The position numbers and the translations under genes were made by a program. Positions 19,783 through 29,169 of a stretch of 64,000 nt of DNA are shown here, piece after piece (the first letter of the stretch is position 1; every line of letters begins with the position of its first letter). The notes beneath the pieces are model-generated. The model had not been told where the DNA came from. It made no database searches and saw nothing but the letters and a program-made list of their open reading frames with translations. The DNA comes from a virus, in IMG/VR virus record IMGVR_UViG_3300022562_001969, positions 1 through 64,000 of that record. One strand, written 5' to 3'.

Positions 19783-22242
19783 GTGAATAGCGAATTAAAT
19801 GAAGTAAAGACCGAGCAAGGATTCACCCCGGTCGAATGGACTGAATCGGCGTTAAGAATTCTAAGAGAGCGCTACCTGCAATCGGGCGAAAGCCCGGAGG
19901 ATATGCTTAGGCGCGTGGCCGGAGCCATAGCTGAGGGGGACCGGGATGTAATAAGAGCAAAGTGGGAGGATCGTATTAAACATCATGAAAAGGCCGATAA
20001 CCCTAGCGTTAAGACCGATATCGAAGCGATGGTTGAATCCGAAATAAGTAAGATCGCCAAAGAATTTTACGACCTGATGGCCAGCCATAAATTTATGCCA
20101 AATTCGCCCACCCTGATGAACGCCGGGCTGGATAATGATCTGCAATACTCGGCCTGTTATGTTTTGCCGGTTGAAGATAGCATTGAGGGTATCTTTGATG
20201 CGATTAAGCACGCCGCGCTGATTCACAAAACCGGCGGCGGGACGGGCTTCGCCTTTAGTCGTTTGCGCCCCAATGGAAACCGGGTCAATACCAGCGGCGG
20301 GGTGGCCAGCGGCCCGGTGAGCTTTATGAGGGTCTTTGATGGGGCCACTGAAGCCATTAAGCAAGGCGGCCGCCGCCGGGGGGCCAATATGGGCATCCTC
20401 CGGGTTGATCACCCCGACATAGAAGAATTTATCAGCTGTAAACTCGACGGCGGGATCACGAATTTTAATATCTCGGTGGCCGTCACTGAAGCCTTTATGG
20501 ACGCATTGTTAAACCATAGCAACGACAGCGTGGTTGGTAGCAACTATAATTTAATCGCCCAACCAGGCTGGCCCAAGTCAAACGGAGATGGAGTTTACGA
20601 GGGGGGCGAGGTCATTGGCCAGAAAAACGCTCGGCAGATTTGGGACATGATCGTAGACGCAGCCTGGCATACTGGGGACCCAGGGTTAATTTTCCTGGAT
20701 CGGATAAATCATAGCGGCGCTAACCCCGTTCCCGATTTATACAACATAGAGACGTGTAACCCGTGCGGTGAACAAAATTTATATCCAAATGACGCTTGCA
20801 ACCTCGGTTCTATAAACCTGTCCAAATTCATCGTAAATGGCGATTTCGATTGGGAAGAACTTTCAGACGCCGTAAAAACTGCGGTCCATTTCCTGGATAA
20901 CGTAATCACCGTAAATCCATATCCTCTGCCTGAGATAGACAAAATGGTCAAATCAGTCAGGCGAATTGGTCTGGGCGTAATGGGTTGGGCGGACGTTCTA
21001 TTTGAGTTGGGAATTCCGTATAACAGCGAACGCGCGCTTGGTCTGGCGGCTACGGTCAGCACACACATTAATGCGGTGGCCACCGTAGCGTCTAAAGGCT
21101 TGTCGAAAGAAAGAGGCGTTTTCCCGTTGTGGGACAAAAGCATTTATAAATATGGTCCAGAATTAAGAAACGGAACTTTGACCACCATCGCCCCCACCGG
21201 CTCAATTAGCATCATCGCGGGTTGCAGCAGCGGCATTGAGCCAATTTTTGCCCTGGCCTATCAACACAAAGTTAAGCAGCCCGATGGCGAGCGGGTGTTA
21301 ACCTTTGTCAATCCAATATTTGAACGAGTGGCCAGGGAAAAGGGCTTTTGGCGTGATGATTTGAAAGAAAAAATCCTTGAAACCGGGTCTTGTCAGGGGG
21401 CGCCGGAAGTCCCTGAAGATGTTCGAAATGTATTTGTGACCGCTCATGAGATCAGCCCGGATTGGCACGTTCGTATGCAAGCGGCCTTCCAGAAACATAC
21501 CGATAATGGGGTTAGCAAGACGATCAATCTACCTAATAGCGCCACCCGCCAGGATATTGAAGACGCTTACCTGTTGGCCTATCAAACCGGGTGTTTGGGG
21601 ATTACGGTTTTTCGGGACGGCTGCAAAAGCGAACAAGTGCTAAATGTGGGGGTCAAAAAAGAGACAACGCCGGCCAAAGCAAATGGAGACTTGACCGGCG
21701 GGGCCTCAACCATCAGTAAAACCCCTAAAGTGCGACCGGTGAAATTGCATGGCGCCACCTACCGCAAGAAGACACCGGTCGGCACAGCCTATATTACCGT
21801 CAACGCCAATGGCGATGGTGATCAAGACCCCTTTGAGGTCTTCATCAATGTGGGCAAGGCCGGCTCCGATGTGGCCGCCGACGCTGAGGGCCTGGGCCGC
21901 TTGATTAGTCTCATTTTACGCCTGCCCGGCCCTCTAAGCGCTACCGAGCGAGCCAAAGATATTGTCAGCCAACTACGCGGCATTGGGTCCGGCCGGGCGC
22001 AGGGCTTTGGCCCGAATCGGGTGATGAGCCTGGCGGACGGCGTGGCCCAGGCCCTGGCCGAGCGTCTGGGGATTCAGCTGACGGTCAGTTTGCCCGGCTT
22101 GCCCGATGTGGGTGAGAGCGCGCCGGGCGAGCAGCCTCTGGGCCGGCCGGCCGGCGACCTGTGCCCGGAATGTGGCCAGGCGGCTTTTGTGCTTGAGGAG
22201 GGGTGTCAGAAATGTTATGGTTGTGGGTTTAGTGAATGTTGA
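19783..22242 (+). CDS. nrdJ: class II (adenosylcobalamin-dependent) ribonucleotide reductase
   Basis: PNSPTLMNAG, SAC, NPCGEQ, TIAPTGSIS, SKTIN, C-terminal TSCPD-like domain and CPEC..CYGCGFSEC. Confidence 0.95.
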   Translation: MNSELNEVKTEQGFTPVEWTESALRILRERYLQSGESPEDMLRRVAGAIAEGDRDVIRAKWEDRIKHHEKADNPSVKTDIEAMVESEISKIAKEFYDLMASHKFMPNSPTLMNAGLDNDLQYSACYVLPVEDSIEGIFDAIKHAALIHKTGGGTGFAFSRLRPNGNRVNTSGGVASGPVSFMRVFDGATEAIKQGGRRRGANMGILRVDHPDIEEFISCKLDGGITNFNISVAVTEAFMDALLNHSNDSVVGSNYNLIAQPGWPKSNGDGVYEGGEVIGQKNARQIWDMIVDAAWHTGDPGLIFLDRINHSGANPVPDLYNIETCNPCGEQNLYPNDACNLGSINLSKFIVNGDFDWEELSDAVKTAVHFLDNVITVNPYPLPEIDKMVKSVRRIGLGVMGWADVLFELGIPYNSERALGLAATVSTHINAVATVASKGLSKERGVFPLWDKSIYKYGPELRNGTLTTIAPTGSISIIAGCSSGIEPIFALAYQHKVKQPDGERVLTFVNPIFERVAREKGFWRDDLKEKILETGSCQGAPEVPEDVRNVFVTAHEISPDWHVRMQAAFQKHTDNGVSKTINLPNSATRQDIEDAYLLAYQTGCLGITVFRDGCKSEQVLNVGVKKETTPAKANGDLTGGASTISKTPKVRPVKLHGATYRKKTPVGTAYITVNANGDGDQDPFEVFINVGKAGSDVAADAEGLGRLISLILRLPGPLSATERAKDIVSQLRGIGSGRAQGFGPNRVMSLADGVAQALAERLGIQLTVSLPGLPDVGESAPGEQPLGRPAGDLCPECGQAAFVLEEGCQKCYGCGFSEC

Positions 22243-22243
22243 A

Positions 22244-22726
22244 ATGAAAATGATATTTATTAAACCGGACTTAGAAGCGATTACCTTGTGGGAGCCGTGG
22301 GCCACTCTGGTGGCCTATGGATACAAACAATATGAAACGCGATCCTGGCAGACACAGCATCGAGGGCCATTGCTGATTCACGCCGCCAGGCGGCCGCCCA
22401 TGGCAGCGGATTTATCGCCCGCTCCTATTCGCCAGGCATTGGATGAAATTGGTATCAAGGCTGAAACTGATTTCCATTTAGGTTGCGGGATAGCCATTGT
22501 GCAACTAACGGGAGTTTATCGAACTGAAGCGATAGTAGATAGATTGACTGACCAGGATTTAGCTTTTGGTGATTTTGCACTTGATCGTTACACCTGGGTC
22601 TTAATCGCTCCCCAACGCTTAAAAGAACCATTGCCATTGCGTGACCAAGAGGGAATATGGTCAGTAAGCGATGATGTAGCAAGGCGACTGCGGGCTTTTG
22701 AATTAGCAGGTGTTAAAAGTATATGA
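22244..22726 (+). CDS. ASCH domain protein
   Basis: AITLWEPWATLVAYGYKQYETRSWQTQHRGPLLIHA. Confidence 0.88.
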   Translation: MKMIFIKPDLEAITLWEPWATLVAYGYKQYETRSWQTQHRGPLLIHAARRPPMAADLSPAPIRQALDEIGIKAETDFHLGCGIAIVQLTGVYRTEAIVDRLTDQDLAFGDFALDRYTWVLIAPQRLKEPLPLRDQEGIWSVSDDVARRLRAFELAGVKSI

Positions 22727-22881
22727 AGATCATAGTCAGAAGCAGAGCGGGCGGCTATTCTGGCCCGCTGCGTGGTTAAACGGCGGGGTGGCTTTGGCTT
22801 ATTTCGTAGTTTCAATGTGCCCCCTAAAGGGCAACGGGATCGCAGAAAATTTATTCAGCAATCACAGGAGGATACAGGCGC

Positions 22882-23838
22882 GTGAGTTTTGAGATCAGGC
22901 GGAGATCGAAGCCGGTGGGCGTTTTCTCGGACAACGGGACGTTGGGGCTGGATGTTTATTTGAGGCACATTGGCGGCCACGGTTATTTGAGCCGGGCCGG
23001 GGAATTGGCGCTATTTAACCAACTGGATGAGGCTTATCCGGAGCGGCTGGCCGCTAAACCGGGGGCCAGTTTCCCGGTCAACTGCCGGCCGATTGTCGCT
23101 GAAATCTCCGGCTATTATTACAAATTGGTGGTGGCGGTGGCCAACGGCTACAAAGGGGGCCACACCCTCCCTTTCGCCGATCTCATCCAGGCCGGCAATG
23201 AGGGCCTGCTGCGGGCGATCTGGCGCTTTGATCAATCTCGCGGCCATCGCTTTTCCACCTACGCCACCTATTGGATCAGGCAGGCTGTTCTCCGGGCCAT
23301 CCCGGAGCAGGGTCGCGCCATCCGGCTGCCGGTTTACCAATATAGCCGCTGGGTGCAGATCTGCCAATTGATAGATAATGGGGATCGGGATCAGGAGCCG
23401 GATTGGGCGGAAATCGCCCGGAAAGTCAGCACCGCCGAGGCCCCGGTTACACCGGGGGGGGCGGTCCAGACCTTCCACCTGGGGCTGCGGTCGTTGACAG
23501 TCTCGCTGGATGAGCAATGGTACCCGGAGGAGGAGGAGACCGATAAATACGCGACAATTGCCGCCGAAACGCCGGGCGCGGAAGCGCTGATGGAAAAGAT
23601 GGACGCCGCCGAAGTCATTAACCGGGCTTTAGATAAGCTGCCGGCCCGGCTGGCCAAAATCATCAGCCTCCGCTTTGGCCTGTCCGGGGACGCCCCGCTG
23701 ATCCTGGAAGATATTGCCAAAAAGTTTGGTCTGACCCGGGAGCGGGTCCGCCAACTGGAAAAGGAGGCGCTGGTGATGCTGCGCCAAAATGGCGACCTGG
23801 CCTGTTTGGTCGCGAAAAGTGAGACTGAAGATGGCTGA
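22882..23838 (+). CDS. RNA polymerase sigma70-family factor
   Basis: DLIQAGNEGLLRAIWRFD, RFSTYATYWIRQAV, region 4 LEDIAKKFGLTRERVRQLE. Confidence 0.92.
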   Translation: MSFEIRRRSKPVGVFSDNGTLGLDVYLRHIGGHGYLSRAGELALFNQLDEAYPERLAAKPGASFPVNCRPIVAEISGYYYKLVVAVANGYKGGHTLPFADLIQAGNEGLLRAIWRFDQSRGHRFSTYATYWIRQAVLRAIPEQGRAIRLPVYQYSRWVQICQLIDNGDRDQEPDWAEIARKVSTAEAPVTPGGAVQTFHLGLRSLTVSLDEQWYPEEEETDKYATIAAETPGAEALMEKMDAAEVINRALDKLPARLAKIISLRFGLSGDAPLILEDIAKKFGLTRERVRQLEKEALVMLRQNGDLACLVAKSETEDG

Positions 23839-23856
23839 CGAAATCGGTTTCAATCG

Positions 23857-23893
23857 GTTTCAATCTCTCATTCGAGATAATCGGCCTTTGAAC
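23857..23893 (-). CRISPR. isolated perfect copy of the 37-bp array-1 repeat
   Basis: Identical to the repeats at 25478-26098; adjacent partial GTTTCAATC duplication at 23847. Confidence 0.9.
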
Positions 23894-24038
23894 GCGGCGT
23901 AGGCCGGGGCCGGCGCTCGCAAGGGAATGACGCCCGGCCGCTCGGCCGCGCCAGGCGCTAACCCCAACCAGACCAGGAGGCCCAACAAGCCCAGCAGCCC
24001 CCATTTGATATATGACAAAATATGGCTATAATTCATCT

Positions 24039-24123
24039 TAGTCTTTACTCCTCTCTTTATACGTCAGGAGTTTGGATAATGAGTGAAGCCCCCCGCCTAT
24101 CAGTAAAGCGGGGGACTTTTTTT
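24039..24123 (+). ncRNA. candidate small RNA with own promoter and intrinsic terminator
   Basis: TTGATA(24005)-16-TATAAT(24027); ACTCCT/AGGAGT stem; CCCCCGC/GCGGGGG stem plus T7. Confidence 0.45.
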
Positions 24124-24146
24124 ATGATCTGATTGGTAACCCCCTA

Positions 24147-24431
24147 TTAAGGATTTCTGTATATATCGTGATGCCCAATTTTTCTGAAAACAAAGGTAAT
24201 TTCGCCAGTTTCGTCGTCTTCTTCCCGGTGAAATGTAAAGACATACCCAAGTGTTATATGGCCTTCCCAGATATCAGAATGTCCCTTCATTGGCTTAATC
24301 CGTAATGAGGGATGATAAGGATGGAAAGGCTGTTCTTTGAATAACTTAAAGCTTTTTTTTGCTTGGTCTCGAATGTCAGTCGGCAATTGCTCAAAACACT
24401 TGCGAAAATGCCGGGTTACACGATATTTCAT
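24147..24431 (-). CDS. RelE/ParE-superfamily toxin
   Basis: TRHFRKCFEQLP...HPSLRIKPMKG..IWEGHI...IGHHDIY. Confidence 0.82.
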   Translation of the reverse strand: MKYRVTRHFRKCFEQLPTDIRDQAKKSFKLFKEQPFHPYHPSLRIKPMKGHSDIWEGHITLGYVFTFHREEDDETGEITFVFRKIGHHDIYRNP

Positions 24432-24441
24432 TATTGATAGG

Positions 24442-24765
24442 TTATAATGTCTCCAGGAAACCATCGAGCGAGTCAAAATCTTCGTACTGTCCGGTTTGTA
24501 AGTCGCGTTCAACTTCGCGTTCCCCGGCTTGCCATTCCGGTGTCCAGAACCAGGCCTGGGTTTGATCGGTTTCAACCGTTATCAAGCTGGAGGATGTATA
24601 TATATTGGCGATCAATTGGCCGGTCATTACATTATTTCGCACATCAAATATATAAAAACAGGCCGGCGGTTGTCCCCATTCTTCTTCGCCAGGATGACTA
24701 TGAATAAAAATAGCGGCTGATCCTTCTTCACTTGAAGCCAGCGTTTTGGTGTTACTTTCAATCAT
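24442..24765 (-). CDS. antitoxin-like protein
   Basis: C-terminal QAWFWTPEWQAGEREVERDL motif typical of antitoxins upstream of this RelE type. Confidence 0.7.
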   Translation of the reverse strand: MIESNTKTLASSEEGSAAIFIHSHPGEEEWGQPPACFYIFDVRNNVMTGQLIANIYTSSSLITVETDQTQAWFWTPEWQAGEREVERDLQTGQYEDFDSLDGFLETL

Positions 24766-25441
24766 GGTTGTTCCCCTGTATAAATGTTTTGACTTGATTT
24801 TCAATAAACCTGTCAACCTCGGTGATCCGGTCTGTTGGCTTAAATTCCCCTGTTTGTACCCACTTAAAAATAGCCTCGATAAAGAATTGTTTTGTATTCC
24901 CTAGATATGACTCTATTTTGATCTCTATTTGCGGCGAACCATCATCAGTGTGGGGCATAACAAATCTAAGCCCCCCCCCCAGAATTGGCCTGCCAAATAT
25001 GGATAATGACGCTTCAGGCTGTCTTAAGCGAGTGACCCATAATTCTTGAAATGCATGGTCACCTGAAGCTTGATAAAGATAACGAATAGATGCGTCACAA
25101 GATAAAATCTGACGCGATCCTGTCCAGGTAGACCGGAAAGCTTGAATAACCATATCGACGATTCTGGAAAATTCATCCGGTATATAGGTCGGATTAGGGT
25201 TAGCGATTATGAGTAACTGGCCGATAGGAGCATCAATATTGGCCCCAATTTTTATTTGAAGCGGCGGCGTCTTTTTGAGAATCAGTATCCCATTATCAGC
25301 TGTTAGCTCACCTCTATCATAATCAACGCCAGCGTTCAATATCGCTTGTTGAAAGGCGATCAATCGTTGTTTATTTATTTCAGGTGGGGGGGATAAAACA
25401 TAATTAATTCCTAAATGTAACAAAACCCCTTCATCATGCAT
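24758..25441 (-). CDS. hypothetical protein, TIGR04255-like, first gene of the TA operon
   Basis: 227 aa, AT-rich, coupled to antitoxin; family by resemblance only. Confidence 0.55.
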   Translation of the reverse strand: MHDEGVLLHLGINYVLSPPPEINKQRLIAFQQAILNAGVDYDRGELTADNGILILKKTPPLQIKIGANIDAPIGQLLIIANPNPTYIPDEFSRIVDMVIQAFRSTWTGSRQILSCDASIRYLYQASGDHAFQELWVTRLRQPEASLSIFGRPILGGGLRFVMPHTDDGSPQIEIKIESYLGNTKQFFIEAIFKWVQTGEFKPTDRITEVDRFIENQVKTFIQGNNHD

Positions 25442-25477
25442 TCCTTAAACCCCTTTCTGTAAAAGTTTTGAAGATGA

Positions 25478-26098
25478 GTTTCAATCTCTCATTCGAGATA
25501 ATCGGCCTTTGAACCTGACGCAAAAAGCGGCGCAAAAAATGGCGCAGATTGAGTTTCAATCTCTCATTCGAGATAATCGGCCTTTGAACAGCATCTAACC
25601 ACATCTAGCAATAGGCAAAAAAGAGGTTTCAATCTCTCATTCGAGATAATCGGCCTTTGAACATAAAAATAGTATACCATAAATTTGCCGAGTGTGCAGT
25701 TTCAATCTCTCATTCGAGATAATCGGCCTTTGAACTGATGTTAAGATTGTGGGGACGGTGGCCAGCTTGTTGTTTCAATCTCTCATTCGAGATAATCGGC
25801 CTTTGAACCAGATAATGGCCAAGGTTGCCAAGTATTACGGTGTGTTTCAATCTCTCATTCGAGATAATCGGCCTTTGAACAGGACAAATGAGCGGAATTG
25901 TAGAGGTTGTAAACGGGTTTCAATCTCTCATTCGAGATAATCGGCCTTTGAACAGTGACGATCCACTAGCAGGCGCAACTTTTTAAGGAGTTTCAATCTC
26001 TCATTCGAGATAATCGGCCTTTGAACGCGGGCGCAATTGGATGAGGCCATCAATGAGGCGGGTTTCAATCTCTCATTCGAGATAATCGGCCTTTGAAC
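25478..26098 (-). CRISPR. CRISPR array 1: 9 identical 37-bp repeats, 8 spacers of 35-38 bp (I-D/III-like)
   Basis: Minus-strand repeat GTTCAAAGGCCGATTATCTCGAATGAGAGATTGAAAC ends in the ATTGAAAC handle. Confidence 0.97.
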
Positions 26099-26133
26099 AG
26101 CGGTCGTCCATCGTCTATCGTCGCCGGTCGTCG

Positions 26134-26586
26134 TCAGTTCCGCAGGCGCTTAATCCGGTCCATCTTGCGGGTCATGAGGCCGCTCAAGCGATAAATGGCC
26201 TTAACCACGATAGCCTGACGGCTGAGGCCGAGCAGCAGGCCGTCGTGATAGCTGGAAAGGTCGCCGATGTGGGAGGCGATGGCCGGGCTGTGGAAGCCGG
26301 GCCGGGGGTAGTCGTGGGCGAAGCGGTTGCGGATGTGGTTAATGATCGTCAGGTCGTCAAAGTCGGCCTGGTCTATCAGGCCGGTGCAGAGGGCCAGCCG
26401 GCGGCGGGTGACCGCCCGTTCCAGGAGGGCCGTTTTCTGGGTTTTGCTGCCCAGGAGGGCCACGTCCAGGAGTCGGTAGAGGACCTGGTCCAGGTGGGCC
26501 GCGCCGCGAATGGCGATCTCGGAATCGATGACGGTCTTGATTTGGGGATTGGTTTGGGGCTGTGCTAAAATAGATACAGCTTGCAT
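26134..26586 (-). CDS. HEPN-superfamily (MtlR-like) protein
   Basis: AAHLDQVL...GLID...INHIRNRFAHD, an RxxxxH motif. Confidence 0.7.
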   Translation of the reverse strand: MQAVSILAQPQTNPQIKTVIDSEIAIRGAAHLDQVLYRLLDVALLGSKTQKTALLERAVTRRRLALCTGLIDQADFDDLTIINHIRNRFAHDYPRPGFHSPAIASHIGDLSSYHDGLLLGLSRQAIVVKAIYRLSGLMTRKMDRIKRLRN

Positions 26587-26697
26587 GGTAAGTTCACTCC
26601 TTACTGTGCTTGTTAGAGTTCCGTCGGTGGTATCAACACCGGCGGAATTCGTCATTTAATTGACCTTCATTATAAATCTGTTTGGGGAAAAGGTCAA
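26587..26697 (-). promoter_or_regulatory. repeated promoter/leader cassette, copy 2
   Basis: TTGACC-17-TATAAT, GGTCAA inverted repeat, hairpin, CACAGTAAGGAG RBS. Confidence 0.72.
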
Positions 26698-26710
26698 AAA
26701 GCGGGGGGGA

Positions 26711-26726
26711 TGTTCGCACGCGAACA
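26711..26726. promoter_or_regulatory. parS-like palindrome, copy 3
   Basis: TGTTCGCACGCGAACA. Confidence 0.55.
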
Positions 26727-26854
26727 TTCGACGATAGACGTTGATAATTGACAATTGACAATTGACAATTGACAATGGTCGTCCATCGTCCATCGTCGTC
26801 TAATTGATTTCATGCGCGTTGACAGGCGGGCATAATATATGTATCATATGTAAT

Positions 26855-27025
26855 ATGACGACAGAACGCGAACCGGAAAAAATGAAACCGTATCCTGTAA
26901 ATTTTCCGCCCAGCCTATGGCTGGCTGCCCGCCGTAAAGCGGGGGTGCGTTCGCTGGCCGGGATTATCCGGCGGCTGATAATAATGTGGTTAAGGGAGGA
27001 GGTTGTTCTGATGGATGATGAATAG
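26855..27025 (+). CDS. ribbon-helix-helix (CopG/Arc-like) regulator
   Basis: YPVNFPPSLWLAARRKAGVRSLAGIIRRLI; TTGACA-17-TATCAT promoter upstream. Confidence 0.6.
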   Translation: MTTEREPEKMKPYPVNFPPSLWLAARRKAGVRSLAGIIRRLIIMWLREEVVLMDDE

Positions 27026-27205
27026 ATAATAGATAATTGTCAATTGTCAATTATCAATTGTCAATTATAAACAGAGGGCCATCCGGGTGCAACCGGTGGC
27101 CCCGCTTACATACTATATCAGGGGCACAGCATGCAAGGTACTTTTTATTTTACCAACGATAAAAAAAATAGACAAATGCCGCCGCCCCCTTTCAATTTTT
27201 TGTTA

Positions 27206-27234
27206 GTTTTCCCCACAGGCGTGGGGGTGAACCG
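27206..27234 (+). CRISPR. solitary type I-E-like repeat abutting an RBS
   Basis: GTTTTCCCCACAGGCGTGGGGGTGAACCG followed directly by GGAGGAGCT-ATG. Confidence 0.85.
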
Positions 27235-27243
27235 GGAGGAGCT

Positions 27244-27996
27244 ATGGCAAAGCGTAGGGTTAAGTGCCCGCAGTGCGGGTATAGACACATCATCAACATT
27301 CCCAGTCGGAAAGCGATGACGGTGGGCGTGCGAGCCAAACGGATCACGGCCAACCAGTTTGAATACACCCTAAACGGTCCCGCCGAAATCTCGGATGACG
27401 CCAGATTTAGCACGGTGGCTGACGACCTGGTCCTGTCCGGCGCGTTTGGCGGCGCGTTGGGAGCCGTGGCGGGGGGCGCGGTGGCTGTCTTCGCGCCGGA
27501 GTACGCCCTGCACGGGGCCGGCGTGGGCATGAGCGCCGGGGTAGCCCTGGCCTGGGGCTGGTTGTGCGCGGAACATAACCAACGGCTGAAACGGGTGTTG
27601 CCCTGGTTCGTTGAGCAGCGGCAAAACTGGAAACGGCCCGAGCTGGGGGACGATGGCGAGATCAGGCTGACGGTAGATCATCTCCATCGGGACAGCTACA
27701 GCGAGCAAGGCCGCTCCATCGCCCTCCTGGGGACCCTACCGGTCGATGTGGAGCGCTTCCGGGCCTGGGCGCAAGGGGCCATCCGGGGCGATAGCCTGGC
27801 CATCAAACACTGGACGGGAGCCGAACGGCCTTTCAGCCGGGATGAGTATGATCGCCTGCTGCTCAAAATGAGGGCGGCCAATATAGTGACCAATCTGCCG
27901 GGGAAGGGCAATACCCTGACCAATCCCGGCAAGCACGCTCTGAAACGTATCCTGGCCGAGACCCCCTCCCCTACCCCGGCTGAGGAGCGTGCGTGA
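27244..27996 (+). CDS. zinc-ribbon, membrane and winged-helix-like protein
   Basis: CPQCG N-terminus, two Gly/Ala-rich TM segments. Confidence 0.65.
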   Translation: MAKRRVKCPQCGYRHIINIPSRKAMTVGVRAKRITANQFEYTLNGPAEISDDARFSTVADDLVLSGAFGGALGAVAGGAVAVFAPEYALHGAGVGMSAGVALAWGWLCAEHNQRLKRVLPWFVEQRQNWKRPELGDDGEIRLTVDHLHRDSYSEQGRSIALLGTLPVDVERFRAWAQGAIRGDSLAIKHWTGAERPFSRDEYDRLLLKMRAANIVTNLPGKGNTLTNPGKHALKRILAETPSPTPAEERA

Positions 27997-28202
27997 TGCC
28001 AAAAAGCCCGGAAAATGCACGCACGCACGTGCCCGCCCGCTCCAGATGGGGCTATAGCGTCTCCTATTGGCCCAGCAAAAGCGAATTCAGGATTGTTAAC
28101 TATGGCCAGGGGGAGCTGATCAAGTCGTTGCTGTTTTGGTGGCGTTTGCGCCGCCATCCCTCATTTAAGAATGTACGATGGTCGTTAATCACTGATTGGT
28201 AA
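27993..28202 (+). CDS. small hypothetical protein
   Basis: Coupled ORF. Confidence 0.45.
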   Translation: MMPKSPENARTHVPARSRWGYSVSYWPSKSEFRIVNYGQGELIKSLLFWWRLRRHPSFKNVRWSLITDW

Positions 28203-28208
28203 GGTGCT

Positions 28209-29024
28209 ATGACAAAACCAGACAATAAACAGAAACCTTTCATCATCCGCTATAGAGAATTTTGGACCAATGTCCAGGCGATGATCTTCTACCCCTTCCA
28301 GAATATCGGCCCTTTCATTGTGGCCGCTATGCCGGCGCTCTTCACCGGCCATAGCGTCTACACCTGGTACGCGGAAACCAGCGCCGCCTGGCTGGCCATG
28401 CTCATTAGCTGCGTGGTGGCTATTGCCATGGAGGCGATCAATATCAACGTGGTCCATACATCCCTCGATCTTTTTGAGCAAAAACAAAATGGCAAGGGTT
28501 GGCTGATGGCCCTTTTCTCCCTCATTGTAATGGCCCTGGTTTCGACCGTTATCGGCTTCAGTGAAGGGGACCTATCCCCCTTGATCAAGGGGTTGGCCGT
28601 CTCCAGCCCCTGGCTCACCGGCATTGTCTACCTGGCGGTCGGGATGGCGCAGGGCATCCACCAGGAGAAACAGCAAGCCGATTTGGACAGAAACGAGCGG
28701 CGTCAATCCGAGGCGGAACAACGTGAGTTCGAGCGACAATTGAAGCTAAAAGAGATAGACAAAAATCACGAATTACGATTAGCCAAAATTGAAGCGGCTA
28801 AAAGTGTTCAATCGAGTGTCAAGCCAACTGTTCAATCGAGTGTCAAGGGGTTGACACCTGAAGATGTCAAAAACGCTGTTTCCCAATCGGAAAAGCCGGT
28901 TAACATTACACAATTGGCTAAAGATTTACAAGTAAGCCGGACAACACTTTACACTAAACTGAACGGTCTGGTAGATAGTGGGGAAATGATTAAAAATGGG
29001 AACGGTTACGAGGTAATCAAATAA
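28209..29024 (+). CDS. 4-TM membrane protein with coiled coil and C-terminal HTH
   Basis: Hydrophobic helices; NITQLAKDLQVSRTTLY. Confidence 0.7.
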   Translation: MTKPDNKQKPFIIRYREFWTNVQAMIFYPFQNIGPFIVAAMPALFTGHSVYTWYAETSAAWLAMLISCVVAIAMEAININVVHTSLDLFEQKQNGKGWLMALFSLIVMALVSTVIGFSEGDLSPLIKGLAVSSPWLTGIVYLAVGMAQGIHQEKQQADLDRNERRQSEAEQREFERQLKLKEIDKNHELRLAKIEAAKSVQSSVKPTVQSSVKGLTPEDVKNAVSQSEKPVNITQLAKDLQVSRTTLYTKLNGLVDSGEMIKNGNGYEVIK

Positions 29025-29169
29025 TTTATGAAGACCGCTTGGTCAAACGCTGTTTATGGTGCAATGGTTTAGGTTATGATACCTACCTGGGCCACACTTG
29101 CGATATGTGTAACGGCAAAGGTGGAAAATGGGAACGGGTGAGGGTACTAGTAGGTGAGGAAGTAATAGA

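Noticed and set aside
25749-25940. 63-aa ORF
   Set aside because: Translation of array 1 repeats and spacers
25515-26061. Self-targets for array 1 spacers
   Set aside because: None found by eye in this window; a computational search is needed to be certain
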